DNA of 37,004 nt from an uncultured Gammaproteobacteria bacterium (GTDB taxonomy: Bacteria > Patescibacteriota > Patescibacteriia > UBA2169): positions 1 through 37,004 of the forward strand of contig CAZSGI010000001.1 of the NCBI GenBank assembly GCA_964606465.1, written 5' to 3'. The position numbers were made by a program, and so were the translations under genes. The notes under the pieces were generated by a model. The model was not told the origin of the DNA and did no database searches. It saw nothing but the letters and a program-made list of their open reading frames with translations. Below, piece by piece: positions 32,691 to 37,004 of the stretch (within the stretch, counting starts at the first letter, position 1; every line of letters starts with the position of its first letter).

Positions 32691-33179
32691 ATGCACCAAA
32701 AAACAAAACGAAAGGGTTTTACCCTGATTGAGCTGCTGGTGGTGATTGCCATCATCGGATTGCTCTCAACGCTCGCGGTGGTTGCGCTCAACAACGCCCG
32801 CGCCAAAGGCCGCGACGCCAAACGGGTGTCTGACATAAAGTCGGTCCAAACCGCGCTCGAGCTCTACTTTGCGGATAAGAACACGTACCCCGTGGTCGCG
32901 TCCGGCTTGGTGTTGGGCGGAACCGGAGGAAAAACGCTTTCCCAGACCGGCGGGTTCTCGGACACCATTTCCGGGACGACCTACATGGGCAAGGTTCCCA
33001 CGAACCCGACGCCTGCGGCTTCAGCCTGCGCCAACTACACCTACCGTTCCACGAACACGGACTTTACGGCGTGCACGAGCGGCTCCTGCAAGAGCTACGA
33101 CATCGAGTTCTGTTTGGAAGACATCACCGGCAGCCTTGCGGCGGGCAAGCACAGCGCGCACCCGGCCGGGGTTGACTAA
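32691..33179 (+). CDS. type IV pilin paralogue 2
   Basis: MHQKTKRKG|[16 protein letters not shown]. The C-terminal part has 4 Cys. It shares two exact 32-nt blocks with paralogue 3. Confidence 0.92.
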   Translation: MHQKTKRKGFTLIELLVVIAIIGLLSTLAVVALNNARAKGRDAKRVSDIKSVQTALELYFADKNTYPVVASGLVLGGTGGKTLSQTGGFSDTISGTTYMGKVPTNPTPAASACANYTYRSTNTDFTACTSGSCKSYDIEFCLEDITGSLAAGKHSAHPAGVD

Positions 33180-33204
33180 GTTGAAGATTTTAACCAGATA
33201 GCCT

Positions 33205-33657
33205 ATGAAGCAATACGTATCTAACAAAGGATTCACGTTGATTGAGCTTCTGGTGGTGATTGCCATCATCGGCGTGCTCTCCACGCTCGCCGTGGTCGCG
33301 CTCAACAACGCCCGGGAGAAGAGCCGCGACGCGAAGCGCGTCTCGGACATCAAGCAGGTGCAAACCGCGCTTGAGCTCTACTTTGCGGATAAGAACACGT
33401 ACCCGACCGGAACCGGCACGGTGCTGGGAGGAGCGTCCGCGCAATCACTCTCCGGAGCGGGGTTTACGGCGTCTGGCGGCGTGAGCGGGACGACGTACAT
33501 GGGCAAGGTTCCCACGAACCCGACGCCCGGCGGCGTTGATTACGCGTATACGCAGACTTCCGCCGGGGTAAGCTATACCATCGCGTTTTGGCTTGAAAGC
33601 CAGGTTGGGGCGTTGGCTAAGGATGGCCATACGGCCACGCCTTCCGGAATCCAGTAA
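33205..33657 (+). CDS. type IV pilin paralogue 3
   Basis: MKQYVSNKG|[16 protein letters not shown]. No Cys in the mature part. Confidence 0.92.
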   Translation: MKQYVSNKGFTLIELLVVIAIIGVLSTLAVVALNNAREKSRDAKRVSDIKQVQTALELYFADKNTYPTGTGTVLGGASAQSLSGAGFTASGGVSGTTYMGKVPTNPTPGGVDYAYTQTSAGVSYTIAFWLESQVGALAKDGHTATPSGIQ

Positions 33658-33669
33658 CACTTGTTGCGC

Positions 33670-33705
33670 AATAACCCCGTCCGGCATGCGCCGGGCGGGG
33701 TTATT
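33670..33705 (+). terminator. strong stem-loop terminator after the pilin genes
   Basis: aataaccccgtccggc-atgc-gccgggcggggttatt: a 16-bp stem with one G-U pair, starting 13 nt after the pilin 3 stop. The stem's 3' arm ends ttatt and one further t follows before ggtatact, so no long U-run follows the stem. Confidence 0.65.
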
Positions 33706-33714
33706 TGGTATACT
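33706..33714 (+). promoter_or_regulatory. extended -10 element TGgTATACT upstream of pilD
   Basis: tggtatact lies immediately after the terminator and 24 nt upstream of ATG 33739. Confidence 0.45.
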
Positions 33715-33738
33715 AACGGTTGCGGGGGGAAGTTACCT

Positions 33739-34488
33739 ATGTTGTACGTTTTGCTATTCATTCTAGGCAGCGCGTGGGGGAGCTTTTTGAACGTGGTTGC
33801 CTGCCGGCTCCAGGCGAGGCAGCCGTTCCTCGCCGGCCGGTCGGTGTGCGTGCGCTGCGGAAAGCGCATCCGCTGGCACGACCTGTTTCCGGTGGTAAGC
33901 TTTCTGACGCTTCGGGGCAGGTGCCGTTTTTGCGGCGCGCGCATCTCGGTCCAGTACCTCGCAAGCGAGCTCGCCGTCGGCGCGCTCGCCGTGCTCGGCG
34001 CGTTCGTGGTCTCCTCGCCCGTACACGCGCTCTTGTACCTCGCGGTGGTGAGCTTTTTCACGGTAGTCGTCATCTACGACGCGCGCACCTACGTTATTCC
34101 GGACCGGATCGTGATTCCGGCAATCGTGGTGATCGGGCTCCTGAACGCCGCCGTCCTCTCCGCGGCCCGGCCGTTGGCGTTGGGCGCCTTCGTCGGCGGG
34201 TTGTGGTTTCTGGCGCAGTTTGCCCTTTCGCGCGGCAGGTGGGTGGGCGGCGGAGACATTCGCTTGGGCGTGCTCATCGGCGTGTTGCTCGGGTACCCCA
34301 TGGTGTGGGTCGGGCTCGGCGTCGCGTACATCGGCGGCAGCGCCGTCGCGCTCGCGCTCGTCGCCGCGAAGCGCGTCACGTTCGGGAGCCGGCTGCCGTT
34401 CGCTACGCTCCTCTTGCCCGCCACGTTTGCGACGTGGCTCTGGGGGAGCGAGATATGGGTATGGTACCGGAGTATGATCGGACTGTGA
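33739..34488 (+). CDS. pilD: prepilin peptidase PilD (A24 aspartic protease)
   Basis: N-terminal CVRC...CRFC zinc-binding motif. Catalytic Asp residues in YVIPDRIV and GGGDIRLG. Multiple TM helices. I chose ATG 33739. Confidence 0.94.
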   Translation: MLYVLLFILGSAWGSFLNVVACRLQARQPFLAGRSVCVRCGKRIRWHDLFPVVSFLTLRGRCRFCGARISVQYLASELAVGALAVLGAFVVSSPVHALLYLAVVSFFTVVVIYDARTYVIPDRIVIPAIVVIGLLNAAVLSAARPLALGAFVGGLWFLAQFALSRGRWVGGGDIRLGVLIGVLLGYPMVWVGLGVAYIGGSAVALALVAAKRVTFGSRLPFATLLLPATFATWLWGSEIWVWYRSMIGL

Positions 34489-34489
34489 T

Positions 34490-35026
34490 ATGATGCGCGA
34501 GTCTCAAAACGCCTGCCCGTGGGTCAGGCAGGGATTTACCCTGATTGATTTGATCGTTTCCATCGGAATCTTTGCGCTCGTCGCCACGTCGGTCGCGGTG
34601 AACTTCAACGCCGGAGCCCGGAACGATTCCGTGCGCCAGGCCGCGAACATTGCGGCGGGCGTGCTGCGCCGCGCCCAGAGCATGACGCTCTCCGGGGCGA
34701 CGCTCTCGGACGGCACGTTCCCCCGCGGAGGCTACGGCGTCCGGTTTGACGCGAGCGCCCCCTCGACGCTTACGCTGTTTGCGGACAAAGACGGAAACTT
34801 CAACTATACGGATGGAACCGAGGAGCTAGAGGACGTTGCGCTGCCCAAAGAGAACGCGTTCAGCGGCGGGACGCTCAACGTGGTGTTCGGAAGCCCGGAC
34901 GCGGACGTCTACTTTAACGGCGTCGCCACGGAGAGCTCGAAGACGATCAGCATCACGGCCCCGCAAGCGGGGGTTACCCAGTCGGTCATCATCTACCGCC
35001 TCTCCGGGCAGGTGCGGGTGCAATGA
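34490..35026 (+). CDS. minor pilin / pseudopilin (GspH/FimT-like)
   Basis: Prepilin motif VRQG|FTLIDLIVSIGIF, with Asp instead of Glu at +5. The C-terminal region is beta-rich. Confidence 0.8.
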   Translation: MMRESQNACPWVRQGFTLIDLIVSIGIFALVATSVAVNFNAGARNDSVRQAANIAAGVLRRAQSMTLSGATLSDGTFPRGGYGVRFDASAPSTLTLFADKDGNFNYTDGTEELEDVALPKENAFSGGTLNVVFGSPDADVYFNGVATESSKTISITAPQAGVTQSVIIYRLSGQVRVQ

Positions 35027-35027
35027 T

Positions 35028-35642
35028 ATGAATCACCAACAAGGTCAAGGACTTCTCGAAACCATCGTGGCGCTCGGCATCATCGTTTCCGGCGTGGTGG
35101 GCATGCTGAATCTGACGATTTCAAACCAAACCGCAACCGAAGACTCCTCGGAGCGGCTCGTTGCCACGAACCTCGCGCGGGAAGGCGTAGAAGTGGTGCG
35201 GAATATCCGCGACTCCAACTGGCTCCTTTGCGAAATCGTCTCCGGGGTGCTCTCGTGCAGCAGCTGGGACGCATCGCTCTCTTCCGGAACCGACACGACG
35301 GCCGTTCCGCTCTTTAGTGCGGCAACCAACGCGTGGAGTGTCAATTTTACGCCGAACGACATCTCGAGCGACTACGCGCGCGTGTGGCGGTACTCTTCCG
35401 GAGTCGCCCAGAACATCGGGACCATGTTCCAGACGAGCGAAGCGGCGCCCGCGAACGCGACCGAGACGCTGTACCGGCGGCTCATTGACATCGCTTCCAT
35501 CTGCGCGGACAAGACCGTTGCGTCAAGCTGCTCGGGCGCAAGTCCGAAAATCGGCATGCGGGTGCAGTCCACAGTGGAGTGGACCGCGCGCGGCAGAGCG
35601 ACGAGCCTCACCGTGGAGGATCGGCTGTTCAACTGGAGGTAG
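35028..35642 (+). CDS. minor pilin-like protein with a non-canonical prepilin motif
   Basis: MNHQQG|QGLLETIVALGIIVSGVV. Glu falls at +5 if cleavage follows the first Gly, making the +1 residue Gln rather than Phe. ATG lies 2 nt after the upstream stop. Confidence 0.68.
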   Translation: MNHQQGQGLLETIVALGIIVSGVVGMLNLTISNQTATEDSSERLVATNLAREGVEVVRNIRDSNWLLCEIVSGVLSCSSWDASLSSGTDTTAVPLFSAATNAWSVNFTPNDISSDYARVWRYSSGVAQNIGTMFQTSEAAPANATETLYRRLIDIASICADKTVASSCSGASPKIGMRVQSTVEWTARGRATSLTVEDRLFNWR

Positions 35643-35646
35643 GAGT

Positions 35647-36219
35647 ATGCGCCGAGAGCACCCTTCGCTTCAATCCGGATTCACCCTCGTTGAGATCATC
35701 GTGGCCATGGCGGTTTTCGTGACCGCGCTCATCGCGGTGAGCGCCATCTTCACCTACGCGAACCGCTCCCAGCGCACCACGCTCGCGGTGAGCGAAACGG
35801 GGAGCGACGCGCGGTTCGCGCTCGAGGTGATTGCCCAGCAGGTTCGGCGCGGTTCCATTGACTACGCATCCACCCCGTACGGGGGCACCATCGCCGCAAA
35901 CCCCCAGGACGTGCTCGTGCTGCGCGACAGTTCGGGTAACCAGGTGTGGTTCCGGCGCAACGCGAGCGGGGGCAGGGGAATCGTCGAGATGTCCGAAGAC
36001 GGGGTGACGTGGGTTGACCTGACACCCCCCACGGTTTCGGTTGACGTGCTCAAGTTCTACCTCTCGCCCGCAACCGATCCGTTTGCCGCAAATCCCGCAA
36101 CCAACCAGCAGCCGCTCGTGACCATCGTCATGGCGAGCTCGAGCACCGCGGTGGGCACCGAGACCGTGCTGCCCGCGTACCTCCAGACCAGCGTATCATC
36201 CCGCCAGTATGTCAGGTAA
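35647..36219 (+). CDS. minor pilin (PilW/GspJ-like)
   Basis: SLQSG|FTLVEIIVAMAVFV, a canonical prepilin motif. GGAGG lies upstream of ATG 35647. Confidence 0.8.
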   Translation: MRREHPSLQSGFTLVEIIVAMAVFVTALIAVSAIFTYANRSQRTTLAVSETGSDARFALEVIAQQVRRGSIDYASTPYGGTIAANPQDVLVLRDSSGNQVWFRRNASGGRGIVEMSEDGVTWVDLTPPTVSVDVLKFYLSPATDPFAANPATNQQPLVTIVMASSSTAVGTETVLPAYLQTSVSSRQYVR

Positions 36220-36994
36220 CATCAAACAATGCACCCGCTCGCAGGAAGGCTCGCTGCTCTTGATGTCCATCCTGATTCTTTCAGGCATGATTACGGCAGC
36301 CTCAAGCTTTGGGGTCATCTCGCTCTCAAACCTCAAGCAGTCCATTCTGACCGACAACGGCGCCCGCGCGTTCTACGCGGCCGAGAGCGGCGTTGAGGAC
36401 GCTCTGTACGAGCTCCGCAAGAATGAAACCGCGGTAGCGAGCCTTGCTTCGTCGGGCAGCCTTTCGAACGGGGGCACGTGGACGCGGACCGTTTCCACGA
36501 CGATCCAGAGCATCACCCGCGACATCAAGAAGAACGATTTTTTTGAGGTTGATTTGTACGATCCGGACGCGTCGCTTTCCTCGCTCGGTGCACCCGCGAG
36601 ATCCCTCAAGCTCGCGTGGAGCGGATCCGGCTCCGAGTGGGTCGAGGTGCAGGTTGCGTCGTGGACCACGAGCGGCACATTGGGTACGCCGAGCACGCAA
36701 ACGTTCAGCGCGACCTCGAACCCCGCGACCGTAAACCTCCCTGACGCTTCCACCGCCTTGTACCGCGTGCGCATCAAGGCGCTGTACGGGGACATCACCG
36801 GTATGGCGCTTTCGGCCTACAGCGGCTTGAATCTGGGGGGGTCGCCGGTATCCATCCCGGCGTACCTCACCGTGTACGCAACCGGCGCGCACTCCCGCGC
36901 AAACCAGGTGGTGCGCGCGCAGATGCCCCACCGGCCGCCGCTTTCCGGCCAGTTCGGGTACGTCTTGTTTAGCGAGCAGGATTTGATAAAATGA
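36209..36994 (+). CDS. PilX-like minor pilin / pilus tip-associated protein
   Basis: Hydrophobic N-terminus GSLLLMSILILSGMITAASSF followed by ARAFYAAESGVEDAL, resembling the PilX N-terminal signature. 11-nt overlap with the upstream gene. Confidence 0.62.
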   Translation: MSGNIKQCTRSQEGSLLLMSILILSGMITAASSFGVISLSNLKQSILTDNGARAFYAAESGVEDALYELRKNETAVASLASSGSLSNGGTWTRTVSTTIQSITRDIKKNDFFEVDLYDPDASLSSLGAPARSLKLAWSGSGSEWVEVQVASWTTSGTLGTPSTQTFSATSNPATVNLPDASTALYRVRIKALYGDITGMALSAYSGLNLGGSPVSIPAYLTVYATGAHSRANQVVRAQMPHRPPLSGQFGYVLFSEQDLIK

Positions 36995-37004
36995 CGCGTA
37001 GCGT

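Overview
G+C-rich bacterial chromosome fragment (about 55-60% G+C in 60-nt samples I counted by hand). It has three strand blocks. All family calls below come from reading motifs in the supplied translations; no searches were run.

Block 1 (+, 38-11512):
- adenosylhomocysteinase, flanked by two copies of a structured palindromic repeat
- a compact type IV secretion-like module of the Gram-positive/CPR kind: a PrgI/VirB3-like protein, VirB4 encoded as two overlapping ORFs, membrane-anchored accessory proteins, and a VirB2-type T4SS-pilin-domain protein fused to a low-GC, cysteine-rich C-terminal domain
- a TolB-like beta-propeller protein, a DsbA-family oxidoreductase and RadA

Block 2 (-, 11581-20617): an orphan small ORF, RecG, tRNA-Arg(GCG), two hypothetical genes (one in a low-GC patch), tRNA-Ser(GCU), ComF, a ClpC-type AAA+ ATPase and a membrane-anchored hypothetical protein.

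Block 3 (+, 20671-36994):
- two secreted proteins: one with a GYAWSxNxGW repeat and a beta-helix-like region, one tail-fibre-like with a low-GC Cys-rich C-terminal cassette
- signal peptidase I
- a complete type IV pilus locus without a secretin: pilM, pilN, pilO, a small ORF, pilB, a receiver domain, a pilT-like gene and pilC
- three tandem pilin paralogues, pilD and four minor (pseudo)pilins

The gene content, the near absence of Shine-Dalgarno sequences, the TGnTATAAT promoters and the PrgI/VirB4/T4SS-pilin trio suggest a Patescibacteria (CPR, Parcubacteria-like) genome. That is inference only.

Most notable observations:
- a PilT homologue with all catalytic ATPase motifs degraded, next to an in-operon receiver domain
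- a PilN with two INLLP-type motifs separated by a roughly 210-aa disordered linker
- a T4SS-like module with a split VirB4 and a pilin-adhesin fusion
- low-GC Cys-rich C-terminal cassettes on two surface proteins
- pilin paralogues sharing two exact 32-nt blocks
- a bacterial tRNA-Arg with anticodon GCG
- a roughly 100-nt four-way-junction repeat bracketing ahcY

No CRISPR array, transposase, integrase, reverse transcriptase or rRNA was seen.
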